A DNA stretch of 46,957 bases. Origin: an uncultured Candidatus Saccharibacteria bacterium. GTDB lineage: Bacteria > Patescibacteriota > Minisyncoccia > Phycocordibacterales > UBA9973. Positions 27,408 to 38,016 of this stretch are shown here, in pieces. The notes below the pieces were generated by a model. The model was given only the letters and a program-made list of their open reading frames with translations. It was not told the DNA's origin and ran no database searches. Location: positions 34,263 through 81,219 of the forward strand of contig CAZGNC010000001.1 of NCBI GenBank assembly GCA_964527235.1. Direction: 5' to 3'. The first letter of the stretch is position 1. Every line of letters starts with the position of its first letter. Made by a program: the position numbers and the translations under genes.

Positions 27408-30400
27408 ATGCACACAGAGACAAAGAGGCCGAAGAAGTATTTTGGAAGGTACAAGAAGCCATTAATAGAATTCCCAAACTTGATCGAAGCTCAAGTTAAA
27501 TCCTTCAAGTGGTTGGTGGAAGAGGGGATCAAAGAAGTTTTCAAAGAGTTCTCTCCTATTTCTGACTACTCTCAGAAAAAGTTTCAACTTGATTTCACTT
27601 CTTTCTCTCTTGGTGAATCCAAGTATGATGAAAATCATGCAAAGGTAAACAAGCTCTCTTACCAGGGTTTACTTAAAGCTCGCGTTAAACTAACAAATAA
27701 AATATTGGGAACAGTGAAGGAGCAAGAAATATTTATTTCTGAGCTTCCTTTGATGACTCCACACGGAACATTCATAATCAACGGAGTAGAGAGAGTTATA
27801 GTGCCACAGCTTGCACGAAGTTTCGGAGTATTCTTTACAGAAGCAGAGAATAAGGGAAAGCGATATTTCGGTGCAAAAATTATACCAGCTCGCGGGGTAT
27901 GGATTGAGATAGAGTCTGAATCAGATGGTGCTATATATGTAAGAATAGACAAAAAGCGAAAGTTCCCAGCAACGGCGCTTTTGCGTGTTTTGGGCTACCA
28001 CACTAACGAGATGATCGCTGGTGCTTTCAAGGGCGAGAACGCCCAGGAAGCGATAAAGGCCTGCCTAGCTAAGGATACCGCCAAGACACTAAACGATGCA
28101 TATATTGATATATACAAGCGTCTTCGCGATGGCGACATGGCTACTCCTGAGAACGCTAAGGAATTCATAGATTCTTTGTTTACTGCAGAGCGATATGACC
28201 TCTCTCCAGTAGGACGATTTAGATTTAACAAGCGTTTCGAGAAGCCTATGACTGAGGCTGAGCTTGCACGACGAACTATATCTAAGGAAGATTTCGTTAC
28301 TGTTGTAGAGCACATCATGCTTTTAAACAGTACTCCTGATGCTGAGTCTGACGATATAGATCACCTAGGTCAGCGACGTGTGCGTTTCGTTGGAGAAATG
28401 CTTCAGCAAAAGATTCGTACTGGTATGATGCAGATCAAGAGAAACATTCAAGATAGAATGTCTATTATTGATGTTGATACAGCGATGCCTATACAGATCA
28501 TCAACCAGAGACCACTTCAGGCTCGTATTAAAGAATTCTTCACTACTAACCAGCTTTCACAGTTCATGGCGCAAGAAAACGTGCTTTACGAGATGGAACA
28601 CTTAAGAACTCTCTCTGCGCTTGGACCCGGAGGTCTTACTCGTGAGCGAGCAGGACTAGAAGTTCGTGACGTGCACCCTTCTCACTACGGAAGAGTGTGT
28701 CCTATTCATACCCCAGAAGGTCCGAACATCGGTCTTATTTTGCACTTAGCAAACTACGCAAAAATAAATGATTTCGGTATCATCGAAACTCCTTACATCA
28801 AAGTAAAGAACGGTAAAGTTACTGGCGAGATCGTTTACTTAAATGCTCTTGAAGAAGAGAAGTACAACATCGCTCACGCGGGTATTCCTTATGATGAAGA
28901 TGGCAAGATAACTGAAGACAGAGTTGCTGCTAGAGTAAAGACAGAACCAGGTACTATTCCTAAAGAAGATGTTGATTTCATCGATGTTGCAACCAACCAA
29001 GCATTCTCTATCGCAACTTCTATGATTCCTTTCTTGGAACATAACGATGCTAACCGTGCACTGATGGGAAGTAACATGCAGAAGCAGGCAGTGCCTTGCG
29101 TATTGCCTGAAGCTCCACTAGTTGCTACGGGAGTAGAAGAATTAGCATCTCGTGACTCTGGAAGACTAGTAATGGCCGAAAGCGAGGGCGTAGTATCTTA
29201 TGTAGATGCTCGACAGATAGTAGTTAAAGGTAAAACTGAAAAGACTTACCCTCTAGTAAATTTCCTAAGAAACAACAACTTCTCTGCTTTCCACCAGCGA
29301 CCTATAGTTAACGTTGGAGATAAGGTTAAGAAAGGTGATGTTATGGCGGATACTTCAAGTACTGATGGGGGACAAATTGCTCTAGGACAAAACGTGTTCG
29401 TGGCATTCTTGTCTTGGTCTGGTGCAAACTACGAAGACGCGATAATACTTTCTGAAAGATTAGTAAAGAATAGTAAGTTCACTAGTATCTATGTTGAAGA
29501 ATTTACTTGTACAGTGCGTGACACCAAGCTTGGACCCGAGATCACTACTCGCGACATACCAAACGTTGGAGAATTGAAACTAAAAGATCTTGATGAAGAC
29601 GGAGTTATTCGTATCGGTGCCGAGGTTCGTGAGAACGATATCTTGGTAGGTAAGATTACTCCAAAAGGTGAGACTGAACTTACTCCTGAAGAAAGACTAC
29701 TCCGATCAATATTTGCCGAGAAAGCACGTGATGTTAAAGATACTTCACTACGTATGGAGCACGGTAAGCGTGGAAGAATAATCGGAGTTAAGATTTTCTC
29801 TCGAGACATGGGTCATACTCTAGAGGCTGGAATCATAAAGAAAATTGTTATCGAAGTTGCTCAGGTTCGAAACATCTCTGTGGGTGATAAACTTTCAGGC
29901 CGACACGGAAACAAGGGTGTTATCTCTACGATCTTACCTGAAGAAGATATGCCTTACACAGCCGACGGAACTCCTATCGATATAATTCTTTCACCTCTTG
30001 GTGTCCCTTCTCGTATGAACCTTGGTCAGATATTTGAAATGCACCTAGGTATGGCAGCGCACTCTCTAGGATACCAGGCTATAGTGCCTCCATTCTTAGG
30101 AGCACAGCATAAAGAAATAAAAGAAGAATTAAGTAAAGCTGGGCTACCTGAGAGTGGCAAGATGAAGCTTTTCGACGGACGAACAGGCGAGAGTTTCGGT
30201 CAGGATGTAGCAGTTGGATTCATGTATGTTTTGAAACTGCACCACATGGTGGAGGACAAGATCCACATGCGTTCTATTGGTCCCTACTCACTCATCACCC
30301 AGCAACCTCTCGGCGGTAAAGCTCAAGGTGGAGGACAGAGATTCGGAGAAATGGAAGTCTGGGCACTTGAAGGTTACGGTTCTGCTTATACATTGCGTGA

Positions 30401-30590
30401 AATGTTGACGATTAAGTCTGACGATATCATGGGTCGTTCTCAGACATTTGATTCTATAATCAAAAACGAGCCTATTAGGTCTCCGAATTCACCTGCGTCC
30501 TTCAATGTGATGCTTAACTATCTGCGTGGACTAGCACTCGATGTTGATTTAAAGAAATCTGTTACTAAGGATATTAAAGAAAAAAATTAA
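27408..30590 (+). CDS. rpoB: RNA polymerase beta subunit
   Basis: FIINGVERVIV, SQFM, SALGPGGLTRERAG, HYGRVCPIHTPEGPNIG, GDKLSGRHGNKG, GGQRFGEMEVWALE. Confidence 0.99.
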   Translation: MHTETKRPKKYFGRYKKPLIEFPNLIEAQVKSFKWLVEEGIKEVFKEFSPISDYSQKKFQLDFTSFSLGESKYDENHAKVNKLSYQGLLKARVKLTNKILGTVKEQEIFISELPLMTPHGTFIINGVERVIVPQLARSFGVFFTEAENKGKRYFGAKIIPARGVWIEIESESDGAIYVRIDKKRKFPATALLRVLGYHTNEMIAGAFKGENAQEAIKACLAKDTAKTLNDAYIDIYKRLRDGDMATPENAKEFIDSLFTAERYDLSPVGRFRFNKRFEKPMTEAELARRTISKEDFVTVVEHIMLLNSTPDAESDDIDHLGQRRVRFVGEMLQQKIRTGMMQIKRNIQDRMSIIDVDTAMPIQIINQRPLQARIKEFFTTNQLSQFMAQENVLYEMEHLRTLSALGPGGLTRERAGLEVRDVHPSHYGRVCPIHTPEGPNIGLILHLANYAKINDFGIIETPYIKVKNGKVTGEIVYLNALEEEKYNIAHAGIPYDEDGKITEDRVAARVKTEPGTIPKEDVDFIDVATNQAFSIATSMIPFLEHNDANRALMGSNMQKQAVPCVLPEAPLVATGVEELASRDSGRLVMAESEGVVSYVDARQIVVKGKTEKTYPLVNFLRNNNFSAFHQRPIVNVGDKVKKGDVMADTSSTDGGQIALGQNVFVAFLSWSGANYEDAIILSERLVKNSKFTSIYVEEFTCTVRDTKLGPEITTRDIPNVGELKLKDLDEDGVIRIGAEVRENDILVGKITPKGETELTPEERLLRSIFAEKARDVKDTSLRMEHGKRGRIIGVKIFSRDMGHTLEAGIIKKIVIEVAQVRNISVGDKLSGRHGNKGVISTILPEEDMPYTADGTPIDIILSPLGVPSRMNLGQIFEMHLGMAAHSLGYQAIVPPFLGAQHKEIKEELSKAGLPESGKMKLFDGRTGESFGQDVAVGFMYVLKLHHMVEDKIHMRSIGPYSLITQQPLGGKAQGGGQRFGEMEVWALEGYGSAYTLREMLTIKSDDIMGRSQTFDSIIKNEPIRSPNSPASFNVMLNYLRGLALDVDLKKSVTKDIKEKN

Positions 30591-30608
30591 AAATAAATTT
30601 AAAAAACT

Positions 30609-33600
30609 ATGAAAACCTTAAACATAACTGATTTTGACAACATTGCTCTAAAGCTAGCCTCCCCAGAGCAAATAAAAGAATGGTCTTATGGAGAAGTTAC
30701 TCGCCCTGAGACTATCAATTATCGAACTGGCCGTTCAGAACGCGGAGGTCTTTTCGATGAGAAAATATTCGGTCCTGAGAAAGACTATGAGTGTTACTGT
30801 GGAAAGTATCGTCGAATTCGCTACAAAGATATCATCTGCGAGAAATGTGGAGTTGAAGTTACTCGCTCTATAGTTCGTCGCGAAAGAATGGGTCATATCG
30901 AGCTTGCAACTCCAGTTGCACATATTTGGTTCCTACGTGGAGTACCATCAAGAATGAGTATTCTCCTTAACGTACCTGTTTCTGATCTTGAGAAGGTTAT
31001 ATACTTTGCCGGATATATCATTACGAAAGTTCACGAAGAAGAAAAAGAAAGTATCCTACAAGGATTAGAAAAAGAATATAAGAGTAAGCTCAAGAACGCA
31101 GTAGATGACGAAACTCGTGAGAAGCTTAAAGCTCTTTTCTCTGGAACAAAGAAAGAAATCGGAGAAATATATGAAGGAAAAGTTTTGAATGAAATTTCTT
31201 TCCATCACTATTCTTTGAAATACGGAACTTGCTTTGAGGCAAACATCGGTGCTGAAGCTATTTATTCAATCTTCAAAAACCTAGATTTGAATAAATTAAA
31301 GGCTCACACTGAGACTATGCTTGAGAAGGCGAGTGCTATTGAGAAAGAAAAACTACAAAAGAGACTATCTCTTATCCGTGCAATGACCTATGCTTCTATC
31401 AAGCCAGAATGGATGTTTATGACTGTTATCCCAGTTATTCCTCCAGTTCTTCGTCCAATGGTGGCTCTCGATGGTGGCCGACACGCGACTTCTGATTTGA
31501 ACGATTTGTATCGCCGTGTTATTAACCGAAACAATCGTCTTAAGAAACTAAAGGAAATTAATGCTCCGGATGTAATCCTGAGAAACGAAAAAAGAATAAT
31601 CCAAGAAGCTGTTGATGCTCTTATCGATAACTCTATCGCAAAGCAAAATGATACAGCAGCTATGAGTCAGTCTCAGAAGAGACCGCTCAAGTCTCTGTCA
31701 GACAACCTGAAGTCAAAACAAGGTTTATTCCGTCAGAACTTGCTCGGTAAGCGTGTGGATTACTCAGGACGAAGTGTTATCGTTGTTGGTCCACAGTTGA
31801 AACTCAATCAGTGTGGTTTGCCTAAGCACATGGCTCTTGAACTTTTCCGACCATTCGTTATTTCAAAAATTCTTCAAGCAGAACTTGCTTTCAACATTCG
31901 TGGCGCTAACAAGCTTATCGAAGAGCGAACCCCAGAAGTCTGGGCAATGCTCGAAGAAGTTATTCAAGGAAAATACGTATTACTAAACCGTGCGCCTACA
32001 CTTCACCGTCTAGGTATTCAAGCTTTCAATCCTACTCTAATCGAAGGTAACGCTATCCAGGTACACCCTCTTGTTTGTCAGGCTTTCAACGCTGACTTCG
32101 ACGGAGACCAGATGGCAGTCTACGTTCCTCTTTCTGTTGAAGCTCAATGGGAAGCTCGCGAATTAATGGCAGCTAACAAGAACTTGCTCAAGCCTCAAAA
32201 CGGAGACCCTATAGTGCACCCTTCTAAAGACATGGTGCTTGGTTCTTACTGGATGACTAAGTCTATCGATGGTGAGCTTGGTGAAGGTAAATATTTCTCA
32301 AGTCCAAACACAGCGATAACTGCTTATGATTACGGGATTGTTTCTTTGCGCGCGAAGATTAAAGTCATGGCAACTGATACTCCTAAATACAAGAAATTCG
32401 AAGGAGGAGTTTTTGACACTTCTGTCGGACGACTTTTGTTCAATAGTATTTTGCCAAATGATTTCTCTTACGTTAACGAAGAAATGACCCAGAAGAGGCT
32501 TTCTGCTTTAGTTGATGAACTTATATTGCATTACGGTGTTGATGAGACTCCAAAGGTTCTAGATAAAATTAAGGAATTCGGTTTCAAATATTCTACAGTG
32601 TCTGGTATTACTTGGGGTATTAGTAACGTCGAAGTTCCTGCTGAGAAAGAAGGCATCGTTGCAAACGGTCGCAAGTTAGCGGCACAAGTTGTTTCTGAAT
32701 GGGAAGAAGGACTTCTTTCCGAAGAAGAGCGACGCCAGAAGATTATTGAAATCTGGACTCAAGCCCTAAACGAACTTAAGAAAGTTCTTCCTGGAACTTT
32801 GGATAAAAATGGCTCTACTTACGACATATTTACTTCTGCTGCTAGAGGATCCATGGGTCAGCTTGCACAGATGGCGGGCATGAAAGGTTTGATTCAAAAC
32901 AACCAGGGAAAGATTCTAGAATTCCCAATTATTCCTTCTTACAAAGAAGGTCTATCTCCAATCGAGTATTTCGTTACAACTCACGGAGCTCGAAAGGGAG
33001 CATCTGACACAGCGCTTAACACTGCAAAAGCGGGTTACCTAACACGCAGACTTGTTGACGTGGCTCAGGATGTTGTTATTACTGAAGAGGATTGTGGTAC
33101 TAAAGAAGGCAAGGTTGTTTCTAAGGAAAATATTTCTGGAATGGAGATTCCTCTTTCTAAGAATATCCGTGGACGCATACTTGCTTCTGATTTGAAAGAT
33201 AAAGAAGGCAAGGTGGTATACAAGAAAGGATTTTTGGTTACCAAGGAAGAAGCTATAAACATAGAAAAAGCTGGATTCGAAGAAGTGAATGTTCGTTCTC
33301 CACTTACTTGCCGAACTGTGCATGGTCTATGTCAGATGTGTTACGGTCTTGACCTAGGACGCAATCGTCTTGTGGATCTAGGTGAAGCAGTTGGAATCAT
33401 CGCAGCGCAAGCTATCGGTGAGCCGGGAACACAGCTAACTCTACGAACCTTCCACGCTGGAGGAGTCGCAGGAACAGACATCGTTACAGGTCTTCCTCGT
33501 GTTGAAGAAATTTTCGAAAGAAGAATACCTAAGAATGCAGCGGTTGTTTCTGAGACTGATGGGGAAGTTATCGAAATCAAAGACAAGAATGGCAAGGCTA

Positions 33601-34271
33601 CTTCGCTATCTTCTGGTCAGGAAAAAATCATCAAAGTTCTATCTGACACCAAGATGGACGGTAAGCCGAACGAGATAGAATATTTAGTTCCATTCCGCCG
33701 TATTCCTACTGTGAAAGTAGGCGATAAGGTTAAGAAAGGAGAACTCATGACTGACGGTTCTGCTGATATTGCGATGATCTTTAAATTCGGAGGTAAAGAA
33801 ATGGTGGAAGAATACATCATTCGTGAAATAAATAAAGTTTACGAATTACAAAGTGCATCTATTTCTCGAAAACACACTGAGATAATAATTCGTCAGATGT
33901 TCTCTCGAAGAAAGATTAAAGACGCAGGTGAAACCAACTTCTCTGCTGGTGATATTGTTGAGAACACCGCTTTGATCGAAGAAAATGCTCGCATTACAGG
34001 GCTTGGTGGTAAAGAAGCAAAGGCCGAAATAATCGCACTTGGTATCACTGAAGTATCTCTACGAACTAAGAGCTGGCTATCCGCTGCTTCGTTCCAAAAC
34101 ACTAACCGTGTTCTTATCGAAAATGCTATCAAGGGTGGAGTTGATTCACTACGCGGACTAAAAGAGAATGTGATAATTGGACGCTTGATTCCTGCTGGAA
34201 CTGGATTTTCCAACACTAACCTAACTGCCTCACTAGAAGAGGATAATGCCTCTTCGTTAACTTCAGAATAA
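30609..34271 (+). CDS. rpoC: RNA polymerase beta' subunit
   Basis: CYCGKY..CEKCG, LLGKRVDYSGR, NRAPTLHR, NADFDGD, GEPGTQLT, GLKENVIIGRLIPAGTG. Confidence 0.99.
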   Translation: MKTLNITDFDNIALKLASPEQIKEWSYGEVTRPETINYRTGRSERGGLFDEKIFGPEKDYECYCGKYRRIRYKDIICEKCGVEVTRSIVRRERMGHIELATPVAHIWFLRGVPSRMSILLNVPVSDLEKVIYFAGYIITKVHEEEKESILQGLEKEYKSKLKNAVDDETREKLKALFSGTKKEIGEIYEGKVLNEISFHHYSLKYGTCFEANIGAEAIYSIFKNLDLNKLKAHTETMLEKASAIEKEKLQKRLSLIRAMTYASIKPEWMFMTVIPVIPPVLRPMVALDGGRHATSDLNDLYRRVINRNNRLKKLKEINAPDVILRNEKRIIQEAVDALIDNSIAKQNDTAAMSQSQKRPLKSLSDNLKSKQGLFRQNLLGKRVDYSGRSVIVVGPQLKLNQCGLPKHMALELFRPFVISKILQAELAFNIRGANKLIEERTPEVWAMLEEVIQGKYVLLNRAPTLHRLGIQAFNPTLIEGNAIQVHPLVCQAFNADFDGDQMAVYVPLSVEAQWEARELMAANKNLLKPQNGDPIVHPSKDMVLGSYWMTKSIDGELGEGKYFSSPNTAITAYDYGIVSLRAKIKVMATDTPKYKKFEGGVFDTSVGRLLFNSILPNDFSYVNEEMTQKRLSALVDELILHYGVDETPKVLDKIKEFGFKYSTVSGITWGISNVEVPAEKEGIVANGRKLAAQVVSEWEEGLLSEEERRQKIIEIWTQALNELKKVLPGTLDKNGSTYDIFTSAARGSMGQLAQMAGMKGLIQNNQGKILEFPIIPSYKEGLSPIEYFVTTHGARKGASDTALNTAKAGYLTRRLVDVAQDVVITEEDCGTKEGKVVSKENISGMEIPLSKNIRGRILASDLKDKEGKVVYKKGFLVTKEEAINIEKAGFEEVNVRSPLTCRTVHGLCQMCYGLDLGRNRLVDLGEAVGIIAAQAIGEPGTQLTLRTFHAGGVAGTDIVTGLPRVEEIFERRIPKNAAVVSETDGEVIEIKDKNGKATSLSSGQEKIIKVLSDTKMDGKPNEIEYLVPFRRIPTVKVGDKVKKGELMTDGSADIAMIFKFGGKEMVEEYIIREINKVYELQSASISRKHTEIIIRQMFSRRKIKDAGETNFSAGDIVENTALIEENARITGLGGKEAKAEIIALGITEVSLRTKSWLSAASFQNTNRVLIENAIKGGVDSLRGLKENVIIGRLIPAGTGFSNTNLTASLEEDNASSLTSE

Positions 34272-34276
34272 AGAGT

Positions 34277-36052
34277 ATGAACTCTCCCGTTCAAAAAATT
34301 AAGGAGAGAATGTCAATTGAAGATGTAGTCTCTTCTTACATAAAGCTTGAAAGCGCTGGGGTGAACCTAAGAGCGAGGTGTCCTTTTCATAACGAAAAGA
34401 CGCCTTCGTTCTTCGTTTCGCCAGCACGAGGGAGTTACTATTGTTTCGGTTGTTCTGCCGGAGGTGATATCTTTACTTTCGTTGAAGAATTCGAGGGCCT
34501 GGATTTTCGTGGGGCCTTGAAACTTCTTGCTGAGAAAGCTGGGGTTTCACTACAAGGCTATGAAGCGAGTGCCAACAGCGCCGAAGCTGGCGAGAAAGAG
34601 AGATTGTATAAAGTGATGGAGGAGTCTACGAAGTACTTTGAAAACAATCTAGTGGCAAATGATGAAGTAAAGAACTATATCACATCGCGAGGGCTTACAG
34701 AACAAAGTGTTAAAGATTTCAGAATTGGTTTTGCCAAACTCGACTGGAGGTTGCTCTGCACACATCTTTCTGCGAAAGGTTTTACTGATATTGAGATGGA
34801 GAAAGCAGGGCTGGTCAAGAAAACTGACAAAGGTTTCTATGATAGATTTCGTGGCAGAATAATGTTTCCGATCTCAGACTCTAGTGGGCGAGTGATCGCA
34901 TTCTCTGGAAGAATATTTGAGAAAGGTTTAAGCGCAGAAGAGTTAAGTAAGTCCGCTAAATATCTAAATAGTCCTGAAACTCCAATATTCAATAAATCCT
35001 CAGTACTATTCGGAATTGATAAAGCCAAAGAATCTATACGTAAAAATAATTTCTCTATTCTAGTAGAAGGTCAAATGGATTTAATTCTCTCACACCAGGC
35101 TGGGTTTAAAAATACAGTAGCGTCCTCGGGTACAGCTCTCTCTGATGCTACTATTTCGAAAGGGAATGTAGTTTCTAACCTAGGTCTTATTCGTCGATTG
35201 TCTAACAACATAGTGCTTGCGTTTGATGCCGATAAGGCGGGACTCAATGCATCGAATCGTGCTGGCAAGATTGCACTGTCGCTAGGTATGGATGTGAAAG
35301 TCGCGTCTATGCCAGAAGGAGTTGACCCTGCGGATTTAATTTCAAAGAACGGCGTGCCTGCGTGGAAAGAAGCAATTCGAAACTCTAAACACTTAATCGA
35401 ATTTTTCTTAGATAGGGCTTGTAAAATTGCAGGTGAAGATGAGCGCAAGATGGGTCGTGAAATCAAAGAAAAGGTGTTGCCGTATGTGGCTTCACTTGAA
35501 AGCGCGATTGAGAAAATGCATTTCTTGAAATTAATCAGTGATAAATCATCTATCCCCACAGGAGCTCTTGAGACTGACTTAAAAAAGATAGAACAAGATA
35601 TGCGTAGCGAGTATAAAGAGGTAGAAGAAATAATAAAAGAAGAAAGTAAGGTTTTCAAGAAAGATTACATTGAAAGAAAGTTATTGGGAATAATTCTTTG
35701 GCAGAAATCTATTTCTAGTCCAACTGTAGACGTAGATTTAATCCTGAAAGAATTAGCAGATATTTTTAATAAAAAGGAAAGCGAGGTGCTCCTGGGTAAA
35801 ACTGAGAATGCCCCAGACTTAATCTTTGAAGCAGAGGTGTTCTATGGAGGAGATGCGGATTTAAAGAAGGATGTTCGGGAGTTGCTTGAAAATCTTAAAT
35901 TAGAATCCTTGAAGGAAGAGTTGTCTAAGAAAATGCGTGAACTTAAAGTTGCTGAAGGGTCCAAAGACGTTGCTCGGTCCACTCAGATTCTCAAAGATTG
36001 CCAGGTGATAAATGAAAAGATTCAAAATATTAAAAGTAAAAATCCAAAGTAG
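34277..36052 (+). CDS. dnaG: DNA primase
   Basis: CPFHNEKTPSF..CFGC zinc finger, DRFRGRIMFP, KYLNSPET, TOPRIM VEGQMD and FDADKAG. Confidence 0.97.
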   Translation: MNSPVQKIKERMSIEDVVSSYIKLESAGVNLRARCPFHNEKTPSFFVSPARGSYYCFGCSAGGDIFTFVEEFEGLDFRGALKLLAEKAGVSLQGYEASANSAEAGEKERLYKVMEESTKYFENNLVANDEVKNYITSRGLTEQSVKDFRIGFAKLDWRLLCTHLSAKGFTDIEMEKAGLVKKTDKGFYDRFRGRIMFPISDSSGRVIAFSGRIFEKGLSAEELSKSAKYLNSPETPIFNKSSVLFGIDKAKESIRKNNFSILVEGQMDLILSHQAGFKNTVASSGTALSDATISKGNVVSNLGLIRRLSNNIVLAFDADKAGLNASNRAGKIALSLGMDVKVASMPEGVDPADLISKNGVPAWKEAIRNSKHLIEFFLDRACKIAGEDERKMGREIKEKVLPYVASLESAIEKMHFLKLISDKSSIPTGALETDLKKIEQDMRSEYKEVEEIIKEESKVFKKDYIERKLLGIILWQKSISSPTVDVDLILKELADIFNKKESEVLLGKTENAPDLIFEAEVFYGGDADLKKDVRELLENLKLESLKEELSKKMRELKVAEGSKDVARSTQILKDCQVINEKIQNIKSKNPK

Positions 36053-36077
36053 AATTATTATAAATAAATTATAAAAT

Positions 36078-37316
36078 ATGAAAAAGAAAACAAAAAATAA
36101 AAAGTTGGTCAAGAAAGCAAAATTTCAGCCTAAGAAAAAGGTAGTCAAAAAGGCTAAAAAGGTTGTAAAGAAAAAACCTGCAAAGGCAAAGGCCGTAAAG
36201 AAAGCAAAGGTCAAAGAAGCTCCAAAGAAGAAACTGACCGTGGCTGAGAAGAAGGTTGAGAAGCTTGATGTTTTGGCGAAAGAATTGGTGGAAAAGGGAA
36301 GGAAAAGAGGCTTCATAACTTATGACGAGATTCTGAAAACTTTCCCAGATATTGAGAATAATATTCTTTTCTTGGATGAGCTTTACGATAAATTTTCTGA
36401 AGCTTCGATCGATGTGCTCGAAGGTGGGAATTTGTTGAATCTAGATACAGATATCAATGGCCAAGGCTTGGGTTCTTCGGCTGCACACGACTCGATACAG
36501 ATGTATCTGAAAGAAATAGGGCAGTATCCATTGATTCATGCTAGTGAGGAAAAGGAGCTGGCACGCAGAATTGAAAAAGGTGACAACGAAGCCAAGAATT
36601 TGCTTGCACGTGCGAACTTGCGTTTAGTCGTTTCTATCGCTAAGAAATATGTAGGACGAAGTGCTAATCTAACGCTTCTTGATTTAATACAAGAAGGGAA
36701 CCTAGGGCTCTTCAAAGCAGTTGAGAAGTTCGACTGGACCAAGGGTTACAAGTTCTCAACCTATGCTACTTGGTGGGTGCGTCAGTCTATCACTCGCGCG
36801 CTTGCAGATCAGTCTAGAACTATCCGTATTCCTGTGCACATGGTTGAAACTATTTCTAAATACAAACAAACTCACCGCAGACTTAGTCAGGATCTAGGAC
36901 GTGAGCCATTAGCTGAAGAGATAGCAACTGAGATGGATATTCCAGTGGAGAAGATTCATGTCATTGAGAATATTTCTCAGGACACTATTTCCTTAGAACA
37001 ACCAGTAGGAGATGATGATGATAAATCTACTTTAGAGAACTTTATTCCTGATGATAAAATATTACGCCCAGATCAAGAATCTTCTCGCAGAATTCTGTCC
37101 GATCAGATTCGTTCTGTTCTAGATGAGCTAAATCCAAAAGAGCGCAAAATTCTAGAAATGCGCTATGGATTGATGGACGGTATTCAGCACACCCTCGAGA
37201 GAGTAGGTGAGGAGTTCGGGGTTACCCGTGAGCGTATTCGCCAGATTGAAGCTAAGGTCCACGAAAAACTTCGCCAGCACGAAAAAATCGCAAGACTAAA
37301 GAATTATTTTGACTAG
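36078..37316 (+). CDS. rpoD: Primary sigma factor with a Lys-rich N-terminal extension
   Basis: [65 protein letters not shown]. Confidence 0.96.
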   Translation: MKKKTKNKKLVKKAKFQPKKKVVKKAKKVVKKKPAKAKAVKKAKVKEAPKKKLTVAEKKVEKLDVLAKELVEKGRKRGFITYDEILKTFPDIENNILFLDELYDKFSEASIDVLEGGNLLNLDTDINGQGLGSSAAHDSIQMYLKEIGQYPLIHASEEKELARRIEKGDNEAKNLLARANLRLVVSIAKKYVGRSANLTLLDLIQEGNLGLFKAVEKFDWTKGYKFSTYATWWVRQSITRALADQSRTIRIPVHMVETISKYKQTHRRLSQDLGREPLAEEIATEMDIPVEKIHVIENISQDTISLEQPVGDDDDKSTLENFIPDDKILRPDQESSRRILSDQIRSVLDELNPKERKILEMRYGLMDGIQHTLERVGEEFGVTRERIRQIEAKVHEKLRQHEKIARLKNYFD

Positions 37317-37414
37317 AACTGAAAACACACCAGAGCGTATTGCTTTAGTGTGTTGCTTGAAGGTTGCTCGCCACCTTCGGGACGTTTTACAAGAGATCAA
37401 TTTTTCACAGGACG

Positions 37415-37448
37415 GCCCTGTCGTTGAGAAACTCTCCAACGACAGGGC
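37415..37448. terminator. 12-bp perfect hairpin between convergent rpoD and the orphan gene
   Basis: GCCCTGTCGTTG/CAACGACAGGGC; two further hairpins lie in 37324-37378. Confidence 0.65.
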
Positions 37449-37463
37449 GGAGCGCAGATCACG

Positions 37464-37859
37464 CTACCTTGCTGGAGGATTGCAGTTGCTTGCGGCCGCA
37501 ACCCTCTTTAGGGTATAAACCATTTCATTGTGCATTGTCACTTTCCCCTCTGTTTCGGAGAAGAATGTCGTCTCCCTTTGAATTTTGTTCACCACGAAAG
37601 TGTAGCTCTTTCCCGAAACCACGGGGATGTCTGTGATTTCATCAAACCACACCCACCCTCTCACGTCGTTGAACTTCACGACGGTGAAGGTTCCATAAGT
37701 GTACCCAGCCTTATCCCTTTCCGTGTGGACTCGGATTGAGTCCACCGTGCCACACAGGGTGCGGACTAGTGGATCAGTCTGATGGGCTTGCGCCGAGGCG
37801 GAGGTGAAGGGAATGAGGATAGCGAGGGCGACGAGGATGAGACGGGCGATGGCGTGCAT
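37464..37859 (-). CDS. Orphan secreted beta-rich protein (131 aa)
   Basis: MHAIARLILVALAILIPFTSASAQA signal peptide with an AxA site; two Cys; AGGA upstream; has its own promoter. Confidence 0.7.
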   Translation of the reverse strand: MHAIARLILVALAILIPFTSASAQAHQTDPLVRTLCGTVDSIRVHTERDKAGYTYGTFTVVKFNDVRGWVWFDEITDIPVVSGKSYTFVVNKIQRETTFFSETEGKVTMHNEMVYTLKRVAAASNCNPPAR

Positions 37860-37924
37860 GGTCGTGTTCCTGTGTTGTGTCCGGATTTTAACCGGAACGT
37901 TGATTTTCAAAGCTTCTACCTAAT

Positions 37925-37953
37925 AGTATAGCACAATTTATATAAAAAGTCAA
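37925..37953 (-). promoter_or_regulatory. Near-consensus sigma70 promoter of the orphan gene
   Basis: TTGACT-17-TATACT on the minus strand. Confidence 0.75.
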
Positions 37954-38016
37954 GGGTAAAAAACCTCTTATTAAAAGGGTAAAATATGTATTTGTTTGTA
38001 ATGAATGTGATTAGAC

